A stretch of 64,000 nucleotides of DNA from Phoronis australis. Its lineage: Eukaryota; Animalia; Phoronida. The translations under genes were made by a program, and so were the position numbers. The stretch lies in contig NMRA01000098.1 in assembly GCA_002633005.1 (NCBI GenBank), positions 168,384 to 232,383 on the forward strand, given 5' to 3'. Shown here piece by piece: positions 54,801-64,000 of this stretch. The notes below the pieces were generated by a model. It was not told the DNA's origin, searched no databases, and was given only the letters and a program-made list of their open reading frames with translations. Position 1 is the stretch's first letter. Each line of letters starts with the position of its first letter.

Positions 54801-57732
54801 GTCCCTAGCACGATGTGTTTACTTATTAATCAACTTCTGTGTACTTGAAACATACATTTTAAAACATCCATTCACTAAACTGGTTCAAGCATTTCACTGA
54901 ATGTTGCCATCATGCGGCTGAAATTCTCTACTCTTTTTATCCAATGATACATTCAAGATTTTGTGAATTTCAAAGATTTGCAACTTAACACTATTAACTG
55001 TCAGTACCTTGCGCAGTTTTAGGATTAGGCTCAATGAGATGTCTTTTTGTCTGATACAATTTGTTTGCATTTTTAGTTTCCTTAGTAAAAGGCATTGTTT
55101 TGTTTTTATTTCAGAGGTGGTTACATCATAGACATTCCTGTAGCGCACACTATTTTCCAACTTTTACCAGTCGAACTTCAACGAGGGCACCACATATGCA
55201 TTGTTCCTGTTCTGTTTAATGTAGGAATCAACGAGACAGCTAGCTACGCGGAGAGGTACACTTTTAGTTGGTTGAGCTTCTTTTAAATTATTGTTTCATA
55301 TTTGCCATGACCAAAAATCCCTGTTAATTCATCTGTATAAGCCTAGTATTCACTACTTGCACAACTTCGCCATTATGCTTGAAAACAAGGTGTTGTGTCC
55401 AAACTATGGTTCTGCACGTTTTCAGCACACGCTTTCACATTAATGCGTTCTTGCTAAAATTTATGTTAAAATGAAGCATTGTGCCCTAAGCAACACAACA
55501 AACATTTTTTGCAGAGTAAAAAAGTGTCATGTAGTGAATGGGTTTAAAATGCTTTTTATGAGAAATTTTTGAAAGTAACTTTTGTGTGGCTGTATATTTG
55601 ATTATGAGGATGTGTTTAAATACTGATGCAATTCATGAGAACTGTTTTAAAAGTAGTAAGATGTTAAGTTTTCTTTGGAGACTGGACCTTGGAATTAGTG
55701 ATGAGTTGAAATCAAAGACAGCACCTAGAGTTGGAATCATCTTGTCTTGAATTTTCTCTCTATCTCATTAAAGGTTTGGCAGCATGGAGGTTCAAGAGAA
55801 GTTGAACATAGACAGTGCCTGGCTCCTGAGTCAGTATTGTGAGAAGTACATAGAGTTACTAGGGGAGCCAGGTGAGGTACATGAGATGCATGAGATGTGC
55901 ATGGAGTTATTGGGGGAGCCAAGTAAGGTGCGTAAGAAGTACGTAGAGTTGCTATGGGAACTGGGTGAGGTACATGAGATGTGCATGAGTTATTGGGGAG
56001 AGCCAAGTAAGGTGCGTAAGAAGTACATATAGTTGCTATGGGAACTGGGTGGGGTGCATGAGGTGTGCGTACGGGAGCAATTTGAGGTGCATGAGAAGTA
56101 CACAGAGTTAGCTGGAGAAGTCAGGTGAGGTGCATGAGATGTACATAGAATTATTGTGCCATGTGACATGAGTGAGAAGTACATAGAGTTATGAGGGGAG
56201 TCAGAGAAGGGGGAGGACATGTTTAGTCACTAGTGTGAAGGACTATGATCACGGTCAGTGGATTGGTCATGGGAGGGAATTCAGGAGACACTGACCATTC
56301 ACTGACTTAGGGGTTGTGTTCCATTTTCTTTGGCATGTTGTGTCCTAGATAGAAGTGTATTCAAATTTCATTTCAACAGAACATAGTGTCCTTAGTGCTA
56401 AAATTGTTATTTTGATTGTTGTTCGTTATGTCTAGGCATCTTCCAAGGTTTTTGAAGGACTTCATCATTTTGATATGAATGCTTTTACTAGTTGCTACAC
56501 CAGTGTTTAGCCAGACAAAACACTTGTTCAGACTTTGCAATTCTCTGTTGAACATTTACACTGGGCTTGTTGAAGGTGTTTACTCTTTTGCACGTATTTA
56601 TTCCAGACTTGAACATAATACTTGTCGGTTGAATGTGTTTACACTTTTGTACGTATTTATTGCAGACCTAAACAAAGGCACAGCGTTCTCTGTGCTGGAA
56701 TTAGTTAAACTACTCAATGCCAATGTTACTGCTGGCAAGAGTAAAAATGTGGAAATATGTCACCTGGCCGACGAGGTTTGTTGAATCTCCTTTGCACAAT
56801 ACCTTATAGTAATCTCCAAAAATAATCGGACGTAATTTGGACTTAATACAGGACTATTTGAATTGGCTGTCATGACAGATGAATTTAAGTGGAATTCACC
56901 AGTAGTGTAGGGCAGTCAGTAGTCACGACTTGTCATGTTAGGTTATCTGATTATTTTGCTCACGACAGTATGTTGAATTCTTACTGATACTGAGAAGTTT
57001 CCTTTTCCAAAAAGCTAATCAGTCACCAATCATGGACATAGTTGTCTGTCCATCTGTAATTAAATAGAACATTGAACAAATTGTAGATTTGTCGCTGCTT
57101 GAACGGTATACGTCTCTGTTCGTGTAAGAGTGCCAAAGACCGTACAGCTATGGCGGTAACTTTAGAACAGTGTCGAATTCTCCAACAGCAGCATGGTCTA
57201 GCGCCATTCGCATTCAACCACGCCCTTGCTTGCATGAGAAGGTATGTGTATGACAGCTGATTTTACTTCAAGCTGTTCTCTATGTCTACTGATGTAGCAT
57301 ATTCATGGCATTTCTTGTAACCTGTGAATTTTACGTCAGTATTCCCCTATGCTGCTGTATTTATTGTCTGATGTAGACACACTTATCAAGTCTTTTTAAC
57401 CTGCAAAAAGACATGGCAAACATTAATCCTCATTATTGTTGTGCTGAGACTTGCACTAGAGATGATTTAAATGAACTAAAGTGCCGTTAGCAACTTACAC
57501 ATCCCATTTTTCCATTAAATTTAACGTTTACTTGTGATTGGCAAATCAAGTAATAAACAATGTGATTTTCAATATCAAGCAGTTTTTATTAACTTTCAGT
57601 GAGGGTGTGAGGTTTCAAGTCACCCTAAAGAACACAGGGACTAGGAAATACGCTTTCAACTCTGTTCAACTCATGTCGTTCCCCAAGATGTACCGGCCGC
57701 CTACAGGGACGTTTGGAACTAATGAAACATGA
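21754..57732 (+). CDS. INPP4A: type I inositol 3,4-bisphosphate 4-phosphatase (INPP4A/B-like; PH, C2 and phosphatase domains), 22 coding exons, ~1018 aa
   Basis: Manually spliced exons with GT-AG boundaries and matching phases sum to 3057 nt. Contains PH-domain [44 protein letters not shown], catalytic CX5R motif CKSAKDRT, and C-terminal KYAFN...[11 protein letters not shown]. Invertebrates generally have a single INPP4 co-orthologue, so A versus B is not resolved. Confidence 0.93.
21911..23385. mobile_element. pogo/Tc1-mariner-type non-autonomous element
   Basis: ta|CTGTATTCGCACTAATAAGTGC ... GCGCTTATTAGGGCAAATACGG|ta; subterminal ggcgctta repeats; related copy at 38583-39496. Confidence 0.75.
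24760..25550 (+). mobile_element. decayed LINE ORF2 C-terminus (RTE-X-like)
   Basis: [61 protein letters not shown]. Confidence 0.7.
25839..26327. mobile_element. PIF/Harbinger-like MITE
   Basis: taa|GGGTCTTTCATA ... TATGAAAGGGCC|tat; internal repeats cagt(a/g)tgaacg and gttaac/cttcga. Confidence 0.6.
26699..26763 (+). CDS. INPP4A: INPP4 exon 2 (PH domain)
   Basis: tttttag|(A)[21 protein letters not shown]|gtaagt. Confidence 0.9.
27303..27890. mobile_element. non-autonomous TIR element with 10-bp TSD nested in the HINE
   Basis: TIR C(A/T)CGCTGGTTCCCTG; TSD ATCTGACTAC at 27293-27302 and 27891-27900. Confidence 0.75.
28352..31256. mobile_element. P-element-like non-autonomous element with 8-bp TSD nested in the HINE
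   Basis: Termini CATAGACATC...CATAGACCGGGCGC / GCGCCCAGTCTATG...GATATCTATG; TSD GATTCAAC at 28344-28351 and 31257-31264. Confidence 0.75.
29205..30830 (+). mobile_element. degenerate TIR element nested inside the P-like element
   Basis: Inverted gaaaaatgaccccag (29220) / ctggggtcatttttc (~30793); internal GWCSTEKSG...[10 protein letters not shown] resembles a decayed SWIM-type finger. Confidence 0.4.
32289..32376 (+). CDS. INPP4A: INPP4 exon 3
   Basis: tttcag|(Q)[28 protein letters not shown]|gtatgc; NAGNAG acceptor. Confidence 0.9.
32995..33192 (+). CDS. INPP4A: INPP4 exon 4
   Basis: acag|(V)[31 protein letters not shown]...DDS|gtaggt; PH C-terminal helix with the conserved Trp. Confidence 0.9.
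34240..34515. repeat. minisatellite, ~43-48 bp unit x6
   Basis: Repeated gttgagttcatagctgtccatctacagtggcccttagt(g/a)tgcta. Confidence 0.85.
34640..34800 (+). CDS. INPP4A: INPP4 exon 5 (C2 domain)
   Basis: tgtag|[20 protein letters not shown]...PDTFVAVYV...TKTEVID|gtgagt. Confidence 0.9.
36051..36167 (+). CDS. INPP4A: INPP4 exon 6
   Basis: ttttag|[39 protein letters not shown]|gtaagt. Confidence 0.9.
38204..38582 (+). repeat. ~380-bp segment duplicated at 39498-39876 across an assembly N
   Basis: Near-identical sequence atatacagttatgactg...aaaaaacgttta occurs twice; the second copy starts immediately after the single n at 39497. Confidence 0.9.
38583..39496 (+). mobile_element. pogo-type element related to 21911-23385, truncated at the assembly N
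   Basis: ta|CCGTATTCGCCGTAATAACCGCCCAGGGCGCTT; collinear with 21911-22790. Confidence 0.8.
40360..40536 (+). CDS. INPP4A: INPP4 exon 7
   Basis: ttttcag|[26 protein letters not shown]...VGHVIIMAW...PNSK|gtgagc. Confidence 0.9.
41419..41606 (+). CDS. INPP4A: INPP4 exon 8
   Basis: cttcgaag|NSPAP...[33 protein letters not shown]|gttagt; acceptor position is the least certain in the model. Confidence 0.8.
41650..41880. repeat. minisatellite, 21 bp x11
   Basis: (gtaacgagtgactg[c/g]ttattg)n, nearly perfect. Confidence 0.95.
42125..42182 (+). CDS. INPP4A: INPP4 exon 9
   Basis: ttgtag|[19 protein letters not shown]|gtaagg. Confidence 0.88.
42478..42595 (+). CDS. INPP4A: INPP4 exon 10
   Basis: cttag|[39 protein letters not shown]|gtacat. 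Confidence 0.85.
43527..43629. repeat. minisatellite, 12 bp x~8.5
   Basis: (gacc[a/g]ctgtcta)n. Confidence 0.95.
45058..45135. repeat. 20-bp tandem repeat x~4
   Basis: (aagcttgaataatatttgcc)n. Confidence 0.85.
45404..45511 (+). CDS. INPP4A: INPP4 exon 11
   Basis: ttctag|(A)[35 protein letters not shown]|gtaaga. Confidence 0.92.
45612..45850. mobile_element. short hAT-like MITE with 6-bp TSD
   Basis: TIR CAGGGCTTGGA / TCCAAGCCCTG; TSD AATTAT at 45606-45611 and 45851-45856. The same right end recurs at ~49637-49660. Confidence 0.7.
45953..46463. mobile_element. Kolobok-like non-autonomous element (TTAA TSD)
   Basis: ttaa|GGTTATGTAGGACC ... GGTCGTGCTAACC|ttaa. Confidence 0.55.
46912..47201. 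mobile_element. Tc1/mariner-type MITE
   Basis: ta|CAGTAAACGTTCTCCA ... TGGAGAATTTTTACCA|ta, imperfect TIR. Confidence 0.4.
47335..47471 (+). CDS. INPP4A: INPP4 exon 12
   Basis: ttacag|(S)[28 protein letters not shown]...HHR|gttagt. Confidence 0.9.
48266..48418 (+). CDS. INPP4A: INPP4 exon 13
   Basis: accag|[21 protein letters not shown]...DLTDN|gtaagg. Confidence 0.85.
49727..49951 (+). CDS. INPP4A: INPP4 exon 14
   Basis: ttttag|[17 protein letters not shown]...SPTVEPW|gtgagt. Confidence 0.88.
51036..51233 (+). CDS. INPP4A: INPP4 exon 15
   Basis: cttag|[13 protein letters not shown]...LGLTFMNLK|gttaga. Confidence 0.88.
52303..52371 (+). CDS. INPP4A: INPP4 exon 16
   Basis: catcag|[23 protein letters not shown]|gtgagt. 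Confidence 0.9.
53316..53399. repeat. 26-bp tandem repeat x~3
   Basis: (gtgacatcagaagatgaaccattgtg)n. Confidence 0.85.
54466..54710 (+). CDS. INPP4A: INPP4 exon 17
   Basis: gctag|[12 protein letters not shown]...[30 protein letters not shown]...SGHR|gtgagg. Confidence 0.92.
55115..55255 (+). CDS. INPP4A: INPP4 exon 18
   Basis: tttcag|GGYIIDIPV...[17 protein letters not shown]|gtacac. Confidence 0.92.
55774..55871 (+). CDS. INPP4A: INPP4 exon 19
   Basis: taaag|[32 protein letters not shown]|gtgagg (first of several in-phase donors). Confidence 0.85.
55839..56205 (+). repeat. minisatellite (~42-bp unit) derived from the exon 19 / intron 19 junction
   Basis: Repeated gagaagtacatagagtt..ggggagccag/agt(g/a)aggt.cat; the first unit lies within the exon. 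Confidence 0.85.
56666..56775 (+). CDS. INPP4A: INPP4 exon 20
   Basis: ttgcag|[17 protein letters not shown]...[13 protein letters not shown]|gtttgt. Confidence 0.9.
57087..57241 (+). CDS. INPP4A: INPP4 exon 21 (catalytic CX5R motif)
   Basis: ttgtag|[32 protein letters not shown]...ACMR|gtatgt. Confidence 0.95.
57600..57732 (+). CDS. INPP4A: INPP4 terminal coding exon 22
   Basis: tttcag|(S)[43 protein letters not shown]. Confidence 0.95.
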
Positions 57733-58128
57733 CCTGGTTGCATTACCTTTTTGATCTGCATGCTCACCAAGGTGTGTGAGAATGAGTACTGTACAAGCCA
57801 AAAGTATTCAGATAAAATTACCCAGAATTCAGCGTTATGATGTCTGAGTGGAGGTAGTACTCTGCTGCGTAGTCTTCAGTCATGAGTAATAATAAAGGAG
57901 AATTACTAGGAAAGTTTAGTACTTTGTAACTGTGGCTAAGCTATTCTGTAATATTGGAATTTTTCTGCTGTAACAGTTGTCACCAGTCATTTTTTTTTTG
58001 TTATGTACTGTAGGACCCATGCATTACAGCATCACTGCTGTGCCTCTGGAGTCCAGTGGAGCTGCGAATAACCTTGTGATACATCTGTAGTCATCTAGTC
58101 AAAGTGTCGCAGTATTATAATAGACCTG

Positions 58129-58658
58129 AAGCGTGTTCAACAGAGTGAGCGCCCGCTAGCGTGTACTCGCAAATACAAGAAACAGCTCCTGAACAACTGT
58201 GAGCGCTCACTGTGCGATCCAGTATGGTGACTCTGAAGCAGATTGTGTTGAACGTCTTAGCCAATGAGCGTAACGTCCTTCCTATGGCGTACTGAGCGAT
58301 GACTTATGAATCTTTGCTAACATTAATATCAGCAGCCCAAGACAACAACCGTGAAGGCCTTGGAACGACAAGAATGGAACATTACTTCGAGGAAACTGTT
58401 TGTCGCTACAACGACCCGCAATTTAAGTCGCACTTTCGGATGAGTCAGTCAACTTTTTGAGGTTAGTTTTCGTGTTGCAGAACCATAAGGGGTTCATATG
58501 GTGCAGACGGGAAGCTTTCGCAGGACGCCATCTTGGAAATCTAAGCAAACATGCTCCTGAGGTTGTTTGTGAACGCTCGCAAGCGCTAACGTAAACACAG
58601 CTGTTCAGGACGAGGGCACTCAAATTGCTCGCAGGCGCTCACTCTATTGAACACGCTT
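58129..58658 (+). mobile_element. PIF/Harbinger deletion derivative
   Basis: TIR AAGCGTGTTCAA(C/T)AGAGTGAGCGCC; 3-bp TSD CTG (58126-58128, 58659-58661); internal 58299-58460 encodes ...HYFEETVCRYNDPQFKSHFRMSQSTF*, matching the N-terminus of Harbinger transposases. Confidence 0.85.
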
Positions 58659-60550
58659 CTGGTTATATATCCTCTGTATCCATTATGTTCTGTTCATTAC
58701 TGTTTGTGAGTGTTACCTTGGTTAACCCAATAATTATGTTACAAAATTACTGTTCATCAGGGTAACAAGAATTGGGAGATGGCTTTCATGTATCAGGAGT
58801 AAATCAAGAAGTTATATTTCGTACTAGGGCTTCAACAGCTCAGAAAATTTTTAGTGTAGTTCTATTATTCTCAATTTTCAATTTTCGTGCATCAGGCCAC
58901 AACTGTACAAAAAACATGCCTTGTGTTTTAATATTATGTAAAATTATTTAATTATTCCTATATTGACTAATTTGTAGAAGTACATTAATTGAAACAAAAA
59001 CGCAGCTTTTGTAGTTGTGTTAATGGAACAATATGGAAGTTTGAAGTTTCTAGTGATGTGGGGTAAATTGTAATCTTGGATATATTGGTTTATTTTGTAA
59101 TGTTTACAACACTACTTCACCTCTGCTTGTGTGCTAAATAATCTTTGATATTTTCTGGGATGTTGTTGCTAATTATTTTTATCCTATGGTTTGTATCGTT
59201 TAACAATAAATTATTCTTGTTCAATGGTTCGCCAGCTTTCCCACGAATGATTGCACACAGTACATTTTTTTCTGATGAAACACAGACATGTATCAATTAC
59301 ATAGTTTATTGGTTTCAGTATATATCACAACTCTTTCACTGCAGGTTTTTTGAAAACTGTTTACCAGTGTTATTAAAATTTTGAGGAAATATGATGCAAT
59401 TAATAACACGACTATAAACAGTTAATGAAGAAATGGGAATAGGGTTTGGTTGAAATACATACAGTACAAGACAAAAGTTATCTGACAAAATACTGTTTTC
59501 CCAGTCATGGCGTTCAGTTCTGTTAACAGCAAAAATTACTGGCAATAATTATTAGTGTGTCAAAATTGTAATTAACCTTGAAGACTAATCTGATGAATTT
59601 GGCTTCTGCCCAGCCGCCGTGACGGGGATTCCACGTTATTTTGTCTGATTAGCTTTAGCCTGTACTGTATCTGTCTCACATTTCAAACTTAGACCCCAAA
59701 TCAGAATTGCTTGAACTTGAGTCAAAGTATGGACAGTTTAGAGGCCATTGCATCAATTCCAATTTTAGGTGTAAGCAATCAACAGAAATATCTTCAAAGG
59801 GATGGATGAGAAAAACTCTCATTTTTGTTCAAGACAGTGATGATGTTAAATTGCAGTTATCTCTCCTGAAATTTACCAATAATGGCTGAGTACGTATTAG
59901 AAAGGCATGGAACACAAGACAGTGTGAACACATATCAAACAAATTTTTCCTATTGGCAATTCCATATACTGTGCCAAATTCATACAACAGATTCACAGAC
60001 TTGGGATGAAAAATATAGTCACTTTACAAAAGAATTACAAACAGTTGCCTGATGGATAAAAATATAATGAGCATTCGATGGGTTTAGGACAGCTGCGATG
60101 GCTCGTCTCCTATGGGCGCATAATGTAACTAAACACAAAACTTGCCTTATGAAATAACAGCTTTGGCATGTAGCAAAAATAAATATTTCAATCACATCAC
60201 TACACTCCTTGTATAATAATATCAAATGCTGCATTGAATTAATATGAAAATATTAGATCCAGGATAAATGTTGAACACTACGATACACAATTATACAACA
60301 AATCTATAAACTGATTGGAAGGCATGAGTGACCTAATCGAATTATGACTGTTGAAAATGAAAACTACTTAAAATGTATTCCAGACAGAACAATTAAGTTG
60401 TGAATCACATAAACTAAACATTTCATGAACAAGAAATATCTCTTAGCACAAGAATTACGTTGCAGGCCATACGATTGCCTATCACTAAATCTCACAAGGA
60501 TATCTAGTTAACTTACACTGTTTTATTCCCAGATATAATTTGATCTCTGT

Positions 60551-60639
60551 CATGGCACACAGTTCAACTGAACTGTAACAATGAATACACGACATGGCAC
60601 ACAGTTCAACTGAACTGTGACAATGAATACACGACATGG
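60551..60639. repeat. ~42-bp tandem duplication
   Basis: catggcacacagttcaactgaactgt(a/g)acaatgaatacacga x2. Confidence 0.85.
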
Positions 60640-61064
60640 TCCCACAATACTTGCAAGTTAAAATTACAAACGTGATCATTCAATCCCAGATATGTGACGT
60701 CATGGTAATTAATTCCAAATGACTGCAAAATGCATAAGCGTTACGTCCCGTCAAATACAAAATGCTAACGGCCAACAAACAATTCACAAGCTACAGATAG
60801 ATGCAATACACTGCATTCTGTCACAGAGCACAAAATTAATAAAATACATCAGAACGAGTTGCATTAAGCTCTCAATCAGGAATGGCTGCCCCATAATGCA
60901 ACAATACCATCATGAAATGGCTGCCTATTTCCAATAATACCCCATTCCGCCATCAAACAGTTACATAGCTGATCTTAAAAAAAACAGCTACCCATTACAC
61001 TGCACTTGGTCATTTCCATGACAACCAGAACCACCCACAACCCACTGCTCCTTCCTGTTCATCT

Positions 61065-61362
61065 TCACATCTTTGTGGTCAAGCTTAGGTTATCATCATC
61101 TGCCAGTAACTCCATCTCTTGGTCTGTTGGTATCTTCATGTAGTCCGCGCGTGTCCCCATACTCAATTGACTAATTCTCTCCACCACACTGGCTATGCTA
61201 CCTTTGATGCTCCCCTTCAAGCTGCTCTTTCCACGACCCTCAGGCAGATAGTCGTCCACTCCCCGGTGAACAGAAATCTGGCTGTCAGACTGTTCCTTCT
61301 GCTGTGTCACGTACGTATAGTAATCGGGTGTGAGAAGGCTCTTGCGGTCCTGCTTTTTCCAG
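61065..61362 (-). CDS. ATP7A: copper-transporting P1B ATPase (ATP7A/B-like), terminal exon
   Basis: ttttgcag|(L)WKKQDRKSLLTPDY...SDSQISVHRGVDD...EMELLADDD...TKM*; SQISVHRGVDD resembles the ATP7A/B tail; phase matches the upstream exon. Confidence 0.88.
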
Positions 61363-61437
61363 CTGCAAAAGAATACCGAACTTGAAGCGCTTGTAAGACA
61401 CAATTTACTGTAGCAATACAAGCACAAAATGACCAGA

Positions 61438-61543
61438 AATAGCCCGTCATCATGACTGGGACAAATAGCCCGTCATCATGACTGGGCCGAATAGCCCGTC
61501 ATCATGACTGGGCCGAATAGCCCGTCATCATGACTGGGCTGAA
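61438..61543. repeat. 26-bp tandem repeat x4
   Basis: (aatagcccgtcatcatgactgggccg)n, a hairpin-like unit. Confidence 0.9.
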
Positions 61544-63761
61544 TCCGAATTCATAGTCAGAGTAGTCTTTCCTCGTGACTGAGAATGAAGGGAAATTAAA
61601 ACTAAGATGACTTTGACATTCTGCAATTACACTTTTGTCCCAGCAACAGATATAAACAGACATTTTTCCTGTTAACAGAATAAGCTTTCACGGCGGGAAA
61701 GTGATAATTTTTCAGATTTCTTTTGTCCAGACTGTACTGTATGTCCATAAAAAGCTTAAACCATACAAGCTACCAAATAACTTTTTACTAAATGCATGTG
61801 GTCAACTTTAGTTATCGGCCTGTCACATCACTGTTCATTATTTCAAAACGAATAATCTTGTGTTCTGTGCTATGGGACATTCACATTTAGTCTCTGTTGA
61901 CATTTTTTTTCCTATAGAATAATAGGTTCTTCAAAGTCTCAATGCAATGAGATATGATCAAACAATAAGAAATTTGGAAATGTTTTCTTCCTTCTTACCA
62001 CTGTTCTACATTCCATGTCTCTCACTGTTGCATTTCAAACTCATATACAAAGCCAGACTGTCACTGAGAGAATCACAACCAGGGGTGCATTCTGTAGACC
62101 CACGAATTTTGCCAAAAAGCAAAACGAAATAAAATCATGTGAGTATTGCACCAACCTGTTCGAGACCTTACTAAAATAACCCAACACAATGGCGACCACT
62201 GAAGGATTATTTGGTCAAAATACTGAATTATAGGACAGACTTCATGAATTATGGGTCAAAAATCACTGTTAGCATACCACAAGAGTGAAGATTTTTCACT
62301 TTAAGTTCATAGCTAATGTCTTGGATTTACGCAACATATTCCTGGACACAGCATGATCCAAGATTTGCACAGTATCAAAGCAAATGACAAAAGTAATAGC
62401 CAATATGCAGATCCAACATTTTGAAAGCCGTAGCCTCTGGTGCCACGGTGCACCTTGGGATATATCAGTAACCACTTTGCATTGTCCCGGCTGATAACGG
62501 TGGCCTGTAAACGTAGTGATGATTTAGCTGTTGTGTGGCTGGATGTTTTAATAACAACAAGAAACAGCAGCATCTGAAGTATTACGAGTTCCCAAAAATC
62601 CAGAGGCTAAAAACTTATTGGTGAAAAACATTGGCAGAGCTTGAGATAAGGGCAAGTTTAGTGAGTTCGTCTTGTGCATAAACTTGTGCCTTTTTAAAAG
62701 CTGTGTACCCTCATATCAGAAGTGAGTCATAGCCAATAACACTAAGGAGTGGTCAGGTTTATTTCAAATGGGGGTATCTGAAAAAGCTTTTGATTATACT
62801 GTCCCTTGCTTCGGTCGTCTGCTGAGCTTGTTCACACCAGACAACACTTTGGAAAAGTGCAGATCTGAAGCAAAGCTGAGTACTAATAATATCATAGTGA
62901 AAATAATCATTTTGTGTTTATTAAGCTATTACTTGTCAGCAAGTTGGAGAGACATCCAGATACATGGTTTGGAAGGTCATTTAATTCAGTCATGTGGTAG
63001 ATCGAGTAAAGTGATTCGTCTTCTAACGCTTTCAAGTTTTTGTCCTCTGGACGTGATTTTCTAGTGAACAACATCACTCAAAAGCCCGAAAAAATGTTAA
63101 ACGCTTTAGCAGCATATCTACAAAATTTATATGTAAGTGCAAATTAGGGTGAAAAGGGGTAAAAAAACTGTAAAACTAGTATTTGTCTTGCAACAATTTT
63201 GACGCCCTTTTTGCTTAATGCAGCAAACGATTGAGCTCTGCTACGGTGCACGATTCAAAGCGCTTGTTTACAACAGCCCCAGCAACGTGACAAATTTTCT
63301 TCGTTCATCTTTGTTTATACAGTTCACGCACAGCATGTGAGAACACTTGGTTACTCCAGTCAATCCCAGTATGACAAGCACACTCCATTTCTGAATATGG
63401 GCTATTAGACAAAATACCATTTGCCTGGTCTTGATGGGTAATTTTGCTAGGAGTGATAACTATTAGGGCCACAAAATTGTGGTTGCAAAATGGCCAACTT
63501 TACTGTTAACTCCCCTACATTCTTGGTCATCAGGGGAGACTACTCTGAGGATGAATTTAACTTCCACCTAACCGTCATGACGGGGAATTCTCAGTCATTT
63601 TTCTGAATACTTTTGTCTTGTACTGTAGTTCAGAAACAAACATTACTCAATCTATTACAAGAACAGATATCAAAGCATACAATCTGAAGGCCAGTCCATT
63701 ATGCCACCCACTTCGCTCAAGTCCACACACGTCCTAGCTACAGGTCTATGCCATAACTTAC

Positions 63762-63982
63762 AGTTTCAGAAACAGCGAGGACGTCACCACGGAAACACTC
63801 GAGGCTGCCATGGCAGCGGACGCCATCCATGGTTGGAGCTGAAGCCCGATAGGCATGAAGACGCCAGCAGCGATGGGGATGCCGAGTAAGTTGTAGATGG
63901 TGGCGAAGCCAAAGTTGAGCCGGATGCGCCACACCGTCTTCTTGGAGAGGCTCATGGCCGCCACCACATCTAGCAGGTCATT
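63762..63982 (-). CDS. ATP7A: copper-transporting P1B ATPase (ATP7A/B-like), penultimate exon (TM7-TM8)
   Basis: ttcag|[73 protein letters not shown]|gtaagt; YN and MxxSS motifs of Cu(I) P1B-1 ATPases. Gene continues beyond the window; A versus B is not resolved. Confidence 0.95.
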
Positions 63983-64000
63983 CTGAAGGCAGACATGTAC

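Noticed and set aside
1-64000. tRNA, rRNA, other structured ncRNA genes, or a prokaryote-type multi-gene system
   Set aside because: None recognisable by eye; the window is explained by three spliced animal genes plus repeats. A covariance-model scan (tRNAscan-SE, Infernal/Rfam) would be needed to exclude small RNAs.

Overview
AT-rich, intron-rich genomic DNA from an animal, most likely a marine invertebrate (the species cannot be determined from this window). Most ORFs in the supplied track are spurious or single exons. Three host genes are visible. (1) A DUF229-family type II membrane protein, first large coding exon on the minus strand at 3846-4686. (2) A complete type I inositol 3,4-bisphosphate 4-phosphatase (INPP4A/B-like, with N-terminal PH and C2 domains and a CKSAKDRT catalytic motif) on the plus strand, which I assembled by hand as 22 GT-AG coding exons from 21754 to 57732 with consistent phases (3057 nt, 1018 aa). 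(3) The last two exons of a P1B-type copper ATPase (ATP7A/B-like) on the minus strand, convergent with INPP4. The rest is a dense mosaic of mostly dead transposons: an Academ element, L1/Tx1- and RTE-X-like LINE remnants, a BEL/Pao remnant, hAT-like elements with unusual 5- and 6-bp TSDs, long-TIR elements with 9-10-bp TSDs, Harbinger, pogo-like, Kolobok-like and P-like elements, and a HINE/Helentron-like element with nested insertions. I found no convincing novel multi-gene system. The most interesting signals are a minisatellite built from an INPP4 exon/intron junction that replicates the splice donor in phase, a filled/empty transposon site captured on either side of an assembly N, multi-level nested insertions with readable TSDs, and a ~1.9-kb palindrome made of two sibling elements.
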